64,000 bases of DNA from Phoronis australis (Eukaryota; Animalia; Phoronida). A program made the translations under genes and the position numbers. The stretch covers positions 1,616,177 through 1,680,176 of the forward strand of contig NMRA01000028.1 in NCBI GenBank assembly GCA_002633005.1. Reading direction: 5' to 3'. This document shows positions 50,201 to 63,282 of this stretch, piece after piece. Every line of letters starts with the position of its first letter. Position 1 is the first letter of the stretch. The notes beneath the pieces were generated by a model. The model did not search any database. It was not told the origin of the DNA and saw nothing but the letters and a program-made list of their open reading frames with translations.

Positions 50201-50662
50201 AGTAGTAACGCACAACTTTTTACTCCATAGTCACTTTCCAATTGCTGGCAAAACTGGAATCTGAAGTTTTTATTCTAAGCTCACTAAAGAATTGGTGGGA
50301 AAATGCCCATGGAGGTTTGGTATTTTGCGTGCATGTCTTGCTTAACATTCGTGTGCTATCTGCCAGTTAATCAATAGCCATTTACTCTTGTAACCAAACT
50401 GTATCTGAAGTTGTGAATTTCGCTTCATTTGAGACAAATTAGTGCGCCAAAAAGTATGAAGTTTTCCACACTTTCTTCTACTTTGGGATTAAACATGATA
50501 TTGAGGACACCTATCCTTATTTCCTTTTTGTCAGCAACTGATTACTGATGAATAGACACATTGTATGGTGAGCAGTAGAGAACTGTTAATAGACTGCTTG
50601 ATGTGGTGTGAATGATTTAAATGCAGCATGTTTGGGATTCATGTTTGTGCTTTGCATTTCAG

Positions 50663-50725
50663 GTCAAACCCTATGTACTTAGAAACATATGAAAATCGAG
50701 GATATGAAGATGATGAAACTGCAAG
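50663..50725 (+). CDS. Cadherin exon 27 (SNPMYLETYENRGYEDDETA)
   Basis: Completes GSNP motif, phase 2-2. Confidence 0.88.
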
Positions 50726-52681
50726 GTACGTGATGTAGATAAGGTGTCTTGATTCCAACAATGTTATGTTATCCTAACTTGCTGCACTTTGGTGGTTTCT
50801 TAGAGATAAGAGAGATTTAGATATTAAATTAAATTATCTAATATGACAACTGCTTGTGATCAAGAGTCTGGGACTGGTCGTAAAGGATTAATAAGTGCAG
50901 GGTATGACAGTGAGAATGAGGCTTAATTTTAATTACGTTGTCAAGTTGCATTGGGGCACACTAGGCATTTTTATAAAAATTTTAAACCACATGGTTCATC
51001 CCGTTCATAAATGTATGTTCCTATAGATGGACTCTGCATGTTGTGCTTCTCTAGTAGAAGTGCATTTCAGTGAGTGGATGGTGTGTTGTTCATTTTGCTT
51101 AAACCAGTGACTGAGAATGTTGTGTATTTGGGGGGTCTACTTCTGTGGAATAGTCTGTCTTTAAATGTCCATACCAATTCCAAACTAACCTTGAGGAGAA
51201 AGGTGAAAGCGTTTTTTGTTCAGAGGAGCCTACTGTGTATGTGCTTATAAGTGTGTCTGTGTGTTCTACTACTGTGTTGTCGTTCGGTTCTTTGATTGAC
51301 TGGGTAATTGGTGACATGCTAGGGTCTACATTTTGACCTGAATAATGAATATCTCCTGGTAAAAGCATTCCGCTTGGCAAAATTTATAGATTAAGGATAG
51401 GGTAAAGTAAGTGGTGTTATCTTGATTAGGATATAAGGTGGCTTGAGTAAACTTTTGTTTGTGAAAAATTAATCTAACTTGTTGTTATGAAACTTCCCAA
51501 ATTATCCCTTATTCAAATTAGAGGTGATGATTTTTGGGCTTGGAAATGTGACAGTTTATTGTTTCAGATCAAGCTCTACAAGTTGGCCTGTTAAGGCGGG
51601 TCATTTTATGCACTGAGCTTGATCTAGAGCTTATAGTGAATTGTCTTTTTTTCCAAGACCTGAAGCCACTTGTCATCTTAATTGAGAATAGTTTTTTAGT
51701 CACTTTGTTAAGTGTTCTGTTTTAAAATAGTTTCTGTGACGAGACGTGGGTTTGTAGCCATTTCAAATGATGTTTAAACGTCTAGCGGCACACCCTCATC
51801 TCAAATTAGGTTGTGTACCTCCAACAGAAAATATTGTATGGCATTGTGGGCACAGTTGTTCAAAACCAATATGGGGCAATAAAACAAATATTTATTAACT
51901 TTTTAAGCTGTATTCACTTAAACATAAATAAATTGAACAGTGACTTTGGTAACCCCTAACAACAAACACAAGTCAAATTCAAAATGTTGATTGTCGACCA
52001 TGACAGCTCATGGATTTACAACTGTCTGTAAAATTGAAAGATCTGTTGTGAAGCACTTACCTCCTCAAGACCCAAATGGCACTTTCGTGTTTTTTATTAC
52101 TTCTGTTTACTGTTTTCCCTTTGGGTTCTTGACCACTGTATTGCCGTATCGGTGTAATTTGGGTTTGATTTATTTATTCATTTATTAATGTAATATTTGC
52201 AATGAGGATAGCCCCATAAGTTCACACTGCTTTCCATGCGGGCCTTTTGTTGTATTATATTCAGAGAGTAGTCTGTTTACGAGTTCCCTATGCCTTGGAT
52301 CTGAGACCCTAAATACATATAAAGTGTTTTACATAGCAATCGTGCAAAATCTTATGTAACTGGTCATTCATTGTCTATCTGTATTGCACAATACTGCAGT
52401 TCATTAGTGGTGCAACTGTTAAATGATTGATTTACAATATTTGATTTGTCTTGACAAGTGGTTGTTCCCAAGACTAGCAGTGGTGTTTCTGTTCTGTTCT
52501 GTTCTTTGGTAAAGACGCCCCCTTCCTCTGTGAGATGGGTTGTAGTAGTATTGATGAAGAAATACAAGAACTTTCAAGTGCTATATAACGCAGCTGTCGA
52601 TCTGAAAGTATAGCTCATTTTAATTGGTATGAAGACAACTGTGAACACCAAGTACATTTGTTGTCACTGTATATTTTTCAG

Positions 52682-52982
52682 CAACAACTCCGTCAACTCG
52701 CTGGATGCCAATGAAATCAATGAGCTGAACATGTATGACGAACAGGAAATTTCAATGGATTTGTACAATGATGAAGCTGACCACTATGATAAAATTCGAC
52801 CCAACTATCTCGACGCTGCCTTGAAAGAGCACGAAGAGGCTAAGAATCAGCGAAACATTGACATGAACAAAACAAATGATGACAAAAACGACATGCCGTC
52901 TAAAGAACTCGTCTTCACTAACCCGTCATTCCAGGAAAAAGACAACTCTATTTTTAACAATATGCAAACTACTGAAATATAA
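52682..52982 (+). CDS. Cadherin terminal exon (NNSVNSLDANE...QTTEI*)
   Basis: ORF 52629..52982, acidic tail, class I PDZ-binding C-terminus. Confidence 0.92.
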
Positions 52983-55900
52983 GTTTATTTTTGGTGAAGT
53001 ATATGTATAAGCAAAGAAACATTCCAGTGATTAGAAGGACTGAAGTGTTAGATACTGGTGTTCATCCACTATGTATACACCATAAGGCAAGGTAATCAGT
53101 CAGTATTTTATCAAAATTTACATTCCCATGCTTGTTAATGCTTTTGCAAAACTTAGCATTCCTTTTATATTTATGTTACAAGATGTTCAGAGATATGATG
53201 CTTTGTTAGTTGATGTTGTTCTAAGTGCCTAACAATTTGGTGACTATAACGTAGCATGTGAATCAATAGCCACATCCCGGAAGTCACTCTTCTAGAATGT
53301 GAGATTAGGAAAGAGACCCTCAACATCACTCGGTAGTGCTACATTGAGAGATATTTTTGCTAACATTCCCTCATTCCTGCATCGCACCCCGTAGTGCTGC
53401 AGCATTTTTGGATCAACAAAATATTTTACCGTACTAAAAACTGAGTCCAGCAGTAGACTACCATTGTTTCAGCAAGTTTCTATTCCATCTCAATGGGGTT
53501 AGTCTGTTAAAGTTAGTTATGCACATTTGTTTGCCCAACTGCATAACCTACCATGCATTCAGCTCAGCCCCACTCATTAAAATTTATTGTTCTTTTGCCT
53601 AATGCAATGAACTGTAAACTGTTAACGTAGTTATTATGGTTTTCAGAAAAAAGCATTGCACTAAAACTGCAAAGACTCAGGCACATACCACCCAGAGCTT
53701 ATCTCTGCTTGAAACCGATGTTACGCAATGAATTAGTTGCTTTGGAGTAGCACATTTTTATCTACGATTTATTCCCATAATTGACGGTGTTCCCCACTAA
53801 GGGTACCCCTTTATGAGGACGGTCTAGTTCATACTCCGGCAAAGTGATAATGAAGTGGGCTGGCATGTAAACAAACCAAGGGTGACAGCGTGCCTGCCAA
53901 ATGTGTTACACAGTAGGTAACTCATGATTTTCAAAGGATGTGGCTATTGTTTACGTTCTTATCTCTAAATATTTTCATCTATCAATTATCATGAATGAGG
54001 AAAATATATCATAGCTATTTTCAAAATTTCTGAAAACATTAGTTGAGCAGTTGTTCAAGTACAATTTTGGATGTCTACGCTGTTTTGATTTTATATTCAG
54101 AATTATGTGAATGATTCTGTATGCATTTATAATGTATTTACGATCTGGTTTTTCCTTGTTGTTATCATGTACCGCACAAGAATGTTATGAGCGATCAACC
54201 ATACAGATCACAATGTACTATGTGTGCCATTTGGTGCTCACTTTCAGACCTATTGATCAACCTAATATTTTTTCTTATGGAAATTATATCAACTAGATCT
54301 ATGTCATCTCTTAGGTAACCATTAATGATATTTATCAGATGATTTTTTTTATTTTAGAGTTATTATTTATTATTAAAGAATAGTAATTTATTATTACGAT
54401 TAATTAGTGGAATCCCTATTAACTACCAGTTTATTATTACTCATTATCAGGACGAAGCAATTTCTGAAATTGGTAGTTTATGATACAGGTTTGTCTAAGT
54501 AGCATATATGTATTGTGTTTATTCAGTTTCTTGCCTCGCTGTGCCAAGCTTTTTTTCCACACAATGTCAATCAAAACACTTATTTTTCGTCCTTTAGTTC
54601 TGAACAATCGTAATTACGGTATTATGATGCTTGTATGTGTACTTGTTCTTTGCTGTCATATAGTTTGATTTAAAATATGTTAGAGGCCATTACTGGCTAG
54701 TAAAACTGCGTGAAATGCAGAGACTAAAGTTGATATACAAAAATTATAACAAAAACCTGATGTTTCGAGCATTGCTATTTCTCAAAGGATGCGAATGATT
54801 TTGGAGCATGGCTTGAGTGACATAAAGTATTAAACAGTCTGTGCCATCTCGACATCCACTCCACACATCATGTTACGTGTACTGCAGTCTCCCGTACTCT
54901 TTGAGAGAGAGCTATAATTTTATCGTAATTTTATATCGACTTCTCAGTCTCCTTATATGCAGTTTATATTGCTGTCATGCTTCGTTGTTTCCGCGGGAAT
55001 TTGGTGCTTTTAGTGCAAAGCAATGTGGCTGGTGCATTAATTTCAAGGATTGCAATGGTCCCCGTCGCAACAAAGCAGTCCTCACTTTGTTCTCAAGAAT
55101 TTTGCCCGAGTGGGAACCAAATAAATGTTGGAAACTCTTGTTACACTTTGAGCAAGAACCCGTGGATAGTCTGGCATTCAAAGCATATTTTTGGCCAAAG
55201 ATGTCATTTCTAACCCATTTCATAGGATTTTAGGACAGACGGGGACATTCTGAATACTGCTTTGGTGTGATAGGGCCCTACGATATAAGTGAATGGTTAC
55301 CTAGCAATGAAGTCGCCTTTTATATGAAATTATTTGTATATCCAGACTGCCATTATAGAGTTTGACAATGCATGTAGACACCCTATAGTCCAGTTTGTTG
55401 TGATTGTGGTTGTTGAAAATAAATTATGTTATTGCTTCCACCTGGAGATTGTGATAGCACTGCAATAGGCTTTTTGCAAGTCATTCCAAAATGAGTGTTC
55501 ACTGGCTACAACTTGTTGCTGAACATTATAGAACTCATTGCCTGTCAGTAACTGCAGGTGTAAAAATGAATGTTGTAACGCCCACACAGTGCTAATAAGG
55601 TCAAGCCAAAATCAAGTAAATTGTCTTATTAGCGCAACTAATGACCTCCATTCGGTCCTCAGTGATTTATCTTGTTAACACAACTAATTACCTCCATTCG
55701 GTCCTTGTTGCAATCTTATTAAGGAGGCTAACTCTTCCCATTAAAAATATGAAAACATCAACCACAACAGCATTCAAAGATGTGCTGCATGAGGTTTTAT
55801 AAAAATAGCGGTAATGGAGTACTGTTCTAAGAAGGAGCAAGATTTGGAAATGGCCTTGGAACACCAGGACATGTAAAACAATCTTGACAGTTCCAGAAGC

Positions 55901-56204
55901 TTCTGGACCCAATTCCACAACTACCGTCTACAACATTATCCTAGCATCACTAAGTTAAAACGAGAACCAGCTAAAACTGGTACAAACTAGACTGTTAACA
56001 GCAGACGAGTGTAAACAGAAATCTGCGATGAATATCCTTCATGTTTTTTCAATTCTTTCAGATGTTTGGTGAACACACACACTGTAAATGTTTGAAAATT
56101 GAAGATGAAAACATGAGAGAACAATGATATTTATTTTTACTAAAAAAATGTTTACAGTATGGAAATTGAGAAGACATTCCATACACAACACACAACTGAT
56201 GGCC

Positions 56205-56334
56205 TTATATGTCAAACTTATCCAGACAGATGTTGTGTCCATGTTCATCATATTGTTTCTTGGTGACCACCATTTTGTTGAATTCTGTATTCTTGGTCAG
56301 CAGAGCTCCTCCCTCCCAGGCGAATGTTGTCGGA
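56205..56334 (-). CDS. ACTR6: ARP6 terminal exon (PTTFAWEGG...DEHGHNICLDKFDI*)
   Basis: ORF 56205..56414; ARP6-type C-terminus AWEGG...KFDI; cttacag acceptor. Upstream exons not found in window. Confidence 0.93.
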
Positions 56335-58590
56335 CTGTAAGAAAGAAAAGTCCATTTAATAATTACACTCTTATCAACGCTTAGCTGCACAAGGATGTAT
56401 GAGGCCAAGTTCACTGTTTTTATATGTTGTAATAATTCACTACTTGCACACTTTGGTGGCGCTGCAAAAAATGATTGTCGTTTAGGACAAAATGCCTCGT
56501 TTTAGCATCAATTTAAACAATGCAAACATGAAAGTATGCGGGCTCCAAACATGCAGAACCATTGTAGTTGGGACATAACGCCTCATTTTCAAGTATAATG
56601 GCGAATTCGTGCAAGTAGTGAATGAATGCTCCTTAATGTAGTTAAGGTCATGGCCGACTTTCACAATTTCCAACTAAGCAGCGGAAGTTGGATAAATACA
56701 TCTCGTTGCTTGATCTCATAAAATTGGCATCCCTATAAGTAGAAAACCTGCTTAGGTCTCGGAACATTAGGGGTGGCACAGACATGTACTGATCAAACAT
56801 CACTTCCGATGCAATCTGTCTAGAATCACTACACAGGCAGAATAGAGCCTGTTACTAGTTAGTTAGCAAAGGTTAAAAGTTTATGTTAATTATTGTTAAA
56901 TGTTTTTGATTGATTCTATTCCAGTTTGCCTCATGCACGTGTCTGCTGTCACTACCCTGACCTGTTGGATCGTTGCCAAATTGTTGGTGTAATCAATGTT
57001 TTTGATTAATTAATATCAGATACTCAGTGAAACAGCCAGGTTACGACTGAGTAAGTATGTGTATTAATTAACATAGCCAAATATTTACAAAACTACAGCA
57101 TTCAACTCTAAGTAAAGCTATAAATATATTGACTGACAGTAGCAACAGTTTTAATCATACAATCATAAAATATATGGATTTAACAAACACCAATATGCCA
57201 TCGACTGGGTAAGTTGAATATATTGTTTTTGTTAAACTTTGCAAAATTTCAGGATCACTCAAAATAACAGTCCGTAATTATTAAAAAACATTACCAAATT
57301 TCTTTTGATATAAATAAACATTCAAGATGGAATTTCAAAATAAATGAATGATTGTCTTTTCCTTTTTGCTTTGTACAACTTAAATGACAAAAATTCATGT
57401 TCAGTTTAGGTCATACAAGTCCTAATTTTCGTAATTCCCCTGTACTTAAGTAAAACATTTAAAAAATAATAACTGACAACATTTTAGTGAACAGTACGTA
57501 AGAAGGAGGTAGCAACGATCCTTAAGGCCGTGTCTCTACAATCAACTAAACTCTAGTCCCACAGGTGAAATTTATGAATGAATTTTCACCACCTGATAAA
57601 ACATCTGAAAGTTTCACACCAAGTATTCCTAAAAACTATGTTATTCCAACGTTAGGCGAATTTTAACATTTTCCTAGGGTTCATCAAAACCTTAAAGGTA
57701 ACCTCCCAGACCTTTTCCAAATGTTCATCAAATCCAGAATAGTCAAACAAGCACATTCTACACTCACTCTCCAGATTGTGAATGTAAGCAAATACAGGAT
57801 GTCATTTCACAACTAATAATAATGTCCATCACTGGAAAGACTACAAAAACCAATGTGACTGACAAACAAACTTGTTGATATGTTCCTGAGCAAAGGTAGG
57901 TTACTTAATATGACTACCATTGTCCAGAAGTCAGTTACAGTGACAACGCACCATCCCAGTTACCGTGACAATGCACCATCCCACACAAATGTAGGTAATA
58001 GAAAATGGACTATCTGGAAACGATCTCGCAATACGAGTCGGAAGTGCCTTATCAAAAGGAGGTATTGCTAGTAAGCTGTGATGTGGGAGTATGTCTTGAG
58101 GGTATACTATTTCCCCCCCCCCAAAAAAAAACATTTTGGGAGTTTATCCGTCAACCACAAACATCAACTGCATAAAAACAAAAAACTTTCAACTTATGCA
58201 TGTTGTTGTCAGAGCCCGATTGAGAGGGCCGTCCGAGAGATCTCGAATGTCACTTGGTCACTTTTCATATGCTTAACAATCTATTCTGCTGCACCTGATC
58301 ATACGACACGCGAGGGTGCCGCATGTCATCAGTAACACATCAGCATTGACTTTATCTATATAAATTAGAATTTCAATAATAAACATTTTTTAAAAAAATC
58401 GTTAAAACATGTTGAGTGAGTGAGATCGTTTGACTGGATCACAAGATGTATCATAAATACAATGCATCGAGGTGAACCATAACTTCTCCAATTCAGCAAC
58501 GCACTCTTGCAAAACAGCATTACTCTTATTGCATTCATAACAAGATCATAGCATGTAGCAGACATCACATTTGAATGTGCTTTGTGACAG

Positions 58591-58754
58591 TGGCTAAACA
58601 CAAGTTCACACCACACGCATGCTCAACTGCCTGGCTAAACACAAGTTCACACTACACGCATGCTCAGCTGCCTGGCTAAACACAAGTTCACAATACACGC
58701 ATGCTCAACTGCCTGGCTAAACACATGTTCACAATACACGCATGCTCAACTGCC
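58591..58754. repeat. 41-bp tandem repeat x4
   Basis: Unit TGGCTAAACACAAGTTCACANYACACGCATGCTCAACTGCC. Confidence 0.95.
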
Positions 58755-59066
58755 GCCACATATTATTCAAGGTCTTTTCAATGCTTCTCCCCTGATCTTT
58801 AACCAGAAAAACAAACTTCTTCCATTTGTCTCGTGGCTATATTTCTTCATTTTATAGCGAAAGTGCCATCCCCTTCTAATTTAAAGTCGCACATTTCCAG
58901 TCCTGTGAGCATGTTATCTGCTAAAGTTTATAAATCAAAATTAAATTTCGTGCATAGACAATCGTAGAGTTTATGTTAGTCCATGAGTAAACTGCTTTGA
59001 CACAATTTAAACAACAAACTCTCCTGTTACGTTCAAACTGCTTCGTGGTTCACTCCCTTAACTTAC

Positions 59067-59129
59067 TTGTTAGGAATATTCACGCAGACATCAAACTCCT
59101 CAGGAGTCAAAGACCGCACATCATTGTAC
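59067..59129 (-). CDS. ACTR6: ARP6 penultimate exon (YNDVRSLTPEEFDVCVNIPN)
   Basis: ttttag/gtaagt, phase 2-2, matches ARP6 VRxLTPxxxDV. Confidence 0.92.
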
Positions 59130-59567
59130 CTAAAACAAGTAAATAGACAGCTTTTAAGAAGTGAGACAGGAAAATGGAGCATTGAAGAAGATGGCCTCAG
59201 TTCAAAGGCCCGCATGCAGTTGGACAGTGGTGTGCCGACGGGAGTTATGAAATATACACTACCCTGTTGTCGGTTTTATAAGCGTACATTTATCTACACC
59301 TCCATATCATGATACCGTACTGCAAGATTTTTCAGCAACTGTGACCCAATAGCATTTTTGGCAAAAAATGACCATAGCACTTTTTTCTAAAAACCTCTCG
59401 TACTCTAAAATCATTTCTCGGATCATGATCTATTTGGCAACAAATATGATATACCCTGAGAGGGAGGACACTCTTGGTGTAACGAGAACATTCATTTTCC
59501 ATGTATCTGAAGTTGCCTTTCATAATTTGAACCAGACCCATGGTCTTTGCTTGATCAACATACTTAC

Positions 59568-59643
59568 ACGCGCTCCCTGAAGCCTGGTAACATGCAGTTA
59601 CCACCAGTCAGTAATATATTCTTGTAAAAGTGTGGCCTCATCT
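59568..59643 (-). CDS. ACTR6: Actin-related protein 6, third-last exon (EMRPHFYKNILLTGGNCMLPGFRERV)
   Basis: Actin-fold NI-LTGG motif closely matching animal ARP6 as recalled (EMQPHFFKNIVLTGGN); ag/gtaagt boundaries on - strand. Confidence 0.92.
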
Positions 59644-61519
59644 CTGAAACACAGTGCAAACAGTAAACTGAATGATGGACCAATCATCAGTCCAATGGCA
59701 TGTTATACTCATAGTTCAGAGCTGCTCAAGATCATACCAAACAAAACAGTTGGACACCATCGGCCATTTTGTGAGACGTGCATGTCTCAGTTCTTCTCAA
59801 GTCTAGAAATCACTTCTAACCTGAATAAGGAATAAACTCAGACCACTTCTAAAACAGTAAAAAGGTTTAAATCACAATTACGGTAAAGTCAAAATGTTCG
59901 ACAGAAAGCTTTTCATTAACAGTTTTACCACCAACCTCGCCTGATGTAATGTTTTGATATTGTTTCAATTGGTTATTAGCTGAGGATAATGAGAAAAGAT
60001 ACTTCACTGCATGGTAAAGAGTAACTGACCCAAATAAAAACGCGCACAGTTAATAACACTAATGAAATATGCATCTCGTTCATATCTGTTTTGCTCAGTT
60101 CAAAGTTATTTTCAAACTGTTTTCTTGGTCAAATGATTTGCAGACTTACATGATGAGAGTAATTTTTAAAGTCACATGACTAGTTTATTGCTTGGTCATA
60201 TCACAACGTGGAAAATCTACACCAAGCAAAAAATACAAGTCAATCTTAAAGGGAAAAAACAGTGCTTCCTCTCAAAAGCAACTTCTTATTTTGCCACCTA
60301 ACACAACAGCTATGTATCCGGTCTTGTCATGCTCCAGACTAATTAGAAATGATTTCTAGACAAAGAAGAAGCAGTTCATTGTCGGTTCAGACCAGACTCA
60401 TTAAGTTGATTGGCAGTTTTGTGTTATTCATCAAGGCAATATGGCCGCCAGGGAAACCAAACAGTTCATTTTCAGTATAAACTAAGGATAAGAAAATGTT
60501 GCTTTGGAAGAGCAAATACTCCTGTGAAGCCTGGGGGATCTCTCACATTGAAAAGCAGCCTGCAGGGGGTAGGCAGCACCTTTTCAGCAAGTTTTGCGGG
60601 ACAAGCGCGGGGTCCAGTAGGCTCCTAAATTTCCATATCGTCCCCGCAAAAGTCCCACTGCATTGGCCTCACTCAGCCCCACAAAAGGCACACTGGCTGT
60701 CTTCCTACGGAAAAATCTACCCAGCAAAAGGGGGTGGGAATTAGCAGACCCAATACTTGCAATAGGGGGTCTCTCAGCATTTTTTGTACACGCCTGCAAG
60801 CACCTTGTCAATATGAGTGACCCCCGGGCTGTGAAGAAAGTTGATCTTTTTGACTCCAGGGCATAGTGAGGCAAGCTACATGCTGTAAATTCACTAGCAG
60901 TAAAAAGTGTTGACAATAAACAGAAACTTTAAGAAATTCATCCACTGGTCCGTTCCATGAAAAGTAATGATTTTTAAAAGACAGAAATTTGGCTTTACGT
61001 TCCCATGCCCCAACTGCTGAATAAAGGTTTAGCCAAGTAATTATGAGTGCATTACACTTGAAAAATAATTCACAGAAATAATCTCAATAACTAGCAGTTT
61101 ATTTTTTTCTCAAATACTTTACACTATTTCTCAAGTGGGCTTCAATTATTTTTCAGAAGTAGCTGTGTGGTATGCAGGACCCAAATTTCAGACTTGAATC
61201 TTTTAAGACTTAGCAGTGTTCAGGAGTCATTTTGCGCACAACAGACACCTATACACTGTTGATGTGTGCTGCACGCTATGTGTTGTGATTTCAGTAGCAC
61301 TAGAAAGCATGTAGAGAAAATATAGCTGAGTGCCTTCAGAAGGATATTCAGCCATATTGGTTTGCCTTATCAGAACACACAATCAAGTGCCTCAATACAA
61401 TTTAATGCCAAAACATTAACTAAGCATTAAAAATTGATCCCAACAATTTCCTTTCTTAGGCACAGAATGATTTTGAGGCATCATGGCAAAAACTAATAAT
61501 TTGTTGCTGCTGACATCTG

Positions 61520-61774
61520 GAGTCTGTTTCATAAAAAGCGACTTGGCCTAACGCTCCTCATAAATATTTCTGAAAAATAATTCATTCTCACTTGAGAAAA
61601 AGTGCAAAGTCTCTGAGAATATACCTGTAACTGTTAGCTACTGTGAAAACTTCTATAAATTATTTCTAGACTGTGATGCACTCATAATTACTTGGATAAA
61701 CCTTTTTTCAGCAATTGCAAAGTGGGAACATAAAACCAAATTTCTGTCTTAAGTCACTTTCACGAAACAAGTCC
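61520..61774. mobile_element. Small MITE (PIF/Harbinger-like ends)
   Basis: Imperfect TIR GAGTCTGTTTCATAAAAAGCGACTT / AAGTCACTTTCACGAAACAAGTCC; second partial copy at 43752-43876. Confidence 0.55.
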
Positions 61775-63282
61775 TTGAACTCAATAAGTTAGAATTCACA
61801 GGTCATCATACACTGAAAGCAACAAGTCAATCCAAAAGAAATAGGCTGGTTCTTTGACTGAGACTAGATGGACTACCTATGGTAACTCTTCATTTGTTCC
61901 ACACAAAACATTTGATAGATTGCCATTTATGATCGGCATAGGTACCAAAGACAAAAACATGCGTCACAACTGCGTTTCCAGAGATTAAAAGGACAAAAGG
62001 TTGGAAAAATAAAGTCATTTATTGTGACAGAAAAGAAATACAAAGAATAAGACTGAAAATAGAGGCAAAAACTACTAATCTATGAAAAAATGGGCAACAC
62101 CACAAGAAACGTTGTAAGATAACTCACGCCCATCTGCAGGGACACTTTTCTCTAACTTTCAAAGTCTGGTTACCTTATGGCAAACAAATGAAATTATTAC
62201 CAAAAGTTGTTTTACGACATCTGCAGAGTACAAACCAAGCTAATAATGAAACTAAATTTTCTTGATCTTTACTTTAGTTGAAAAGTTTGACAAAACAAAT
62301 TTTCACTAGTCCACCATATTGTATGCTGAATAGCAGAATAAGCATAGACTGAGCTTAGAATTTTAACAAAACATGCTTGCAAGCGTAATAGGAGAGCGGA
62401 TATTCATTAAGAAGCTTTTATTAACACTAGCTACATTGCCAGTAAACATGACTAATAGCCTTCTGATGATGCAATTACATAATTATTGACGCAAACTTCT
62501 GTATGGCTACATATAGTGGCACAATCCCAAGTTGAACAATCTACAGAGAAGTATCACAGATTCAGGACAGCAGAAGGCAAAGGTAAGTTCAAACACCTGC
62601 AGATTCTTCATAATTATCCCCATTTTCCCAGGTTTCCAAAATGCATTACTATAAAGACGGAGGGTTGAGATTAGCTATTTGCATTGCACTTTTGACAAGA
62701 TAAAAACGACAACAAAAAAGACAAAATTCAGTATTTTATTTATTGCCTTTTCACCTCAAAAATACATAAAAAATAATTGGTTTATTTTACCAGTCAGACT
62801 ACAGTCCATTAACAATACTTTGTGGGAAGTGGTTGGAAAGAGTGTAAGTCTACACATGCCTGAAAGGTGCAATTATTAAGAAAAACAAATTACTAATGGA
62901 CATAAATGAACCATGGATTTATTTGAAGTTGAAGACACATTCCGTTTCAATTTCATTAAGAACGTCAAAAAGGAACTGGTTACAATAAATCAAAATGTTG
63001 GGGCACCTTTAGTGGAATTAGGATTATTCACTGCCTGGGTGCCCCAAGTCACCATCGACATCCCACCGCACTCCCTCTGAGTTGCTTTAGATATCATGCC
63101 TCCGACCCCAGATCGCCACCAATTTTACAATTAGGTGGACGCCTGTCTGCCTCCCTATCAATGCTACTACAGCGTGAGCTCATTCTTACTATAGCGTATA
63201 CTTTGTACTTGAGTCTCGCGCATTTGTTAGGGTCAGTCGGACAATTCAGATAGGGGGTTGGCTACTTCATTTGGATTACGTA

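Larger units (their letters stand above)
54..52982 (+). other. CDH23-like: Cadherin-23-like (CDH23/CDHR2/Cad87A/Cad88C group) gene, 5'-partial, 28 coding exons in window
   Basis: Exon lengths sum to 5142 nt with consistent splice phases and no internal stop. 12 DxND/NxxP-type linker motifs, LDRE/LDYE motifs, TM helix, juxtamembrane RKLRAATAIAF, PGTNQHTFEGSNPMY motif, C-terminal TTEI. Exact orthology not determined. Confidence 0.9.

Noticed and set aside
60494-60884. Assignment as telomerase RNA or RNase MRP/P RNA
   Set aside because: No CUAACCCUAA-type template or P6.1 motif seen; no GAAAGUCCCC-type CR-I in the expected position. Kept only as an unassigned structured candidate.
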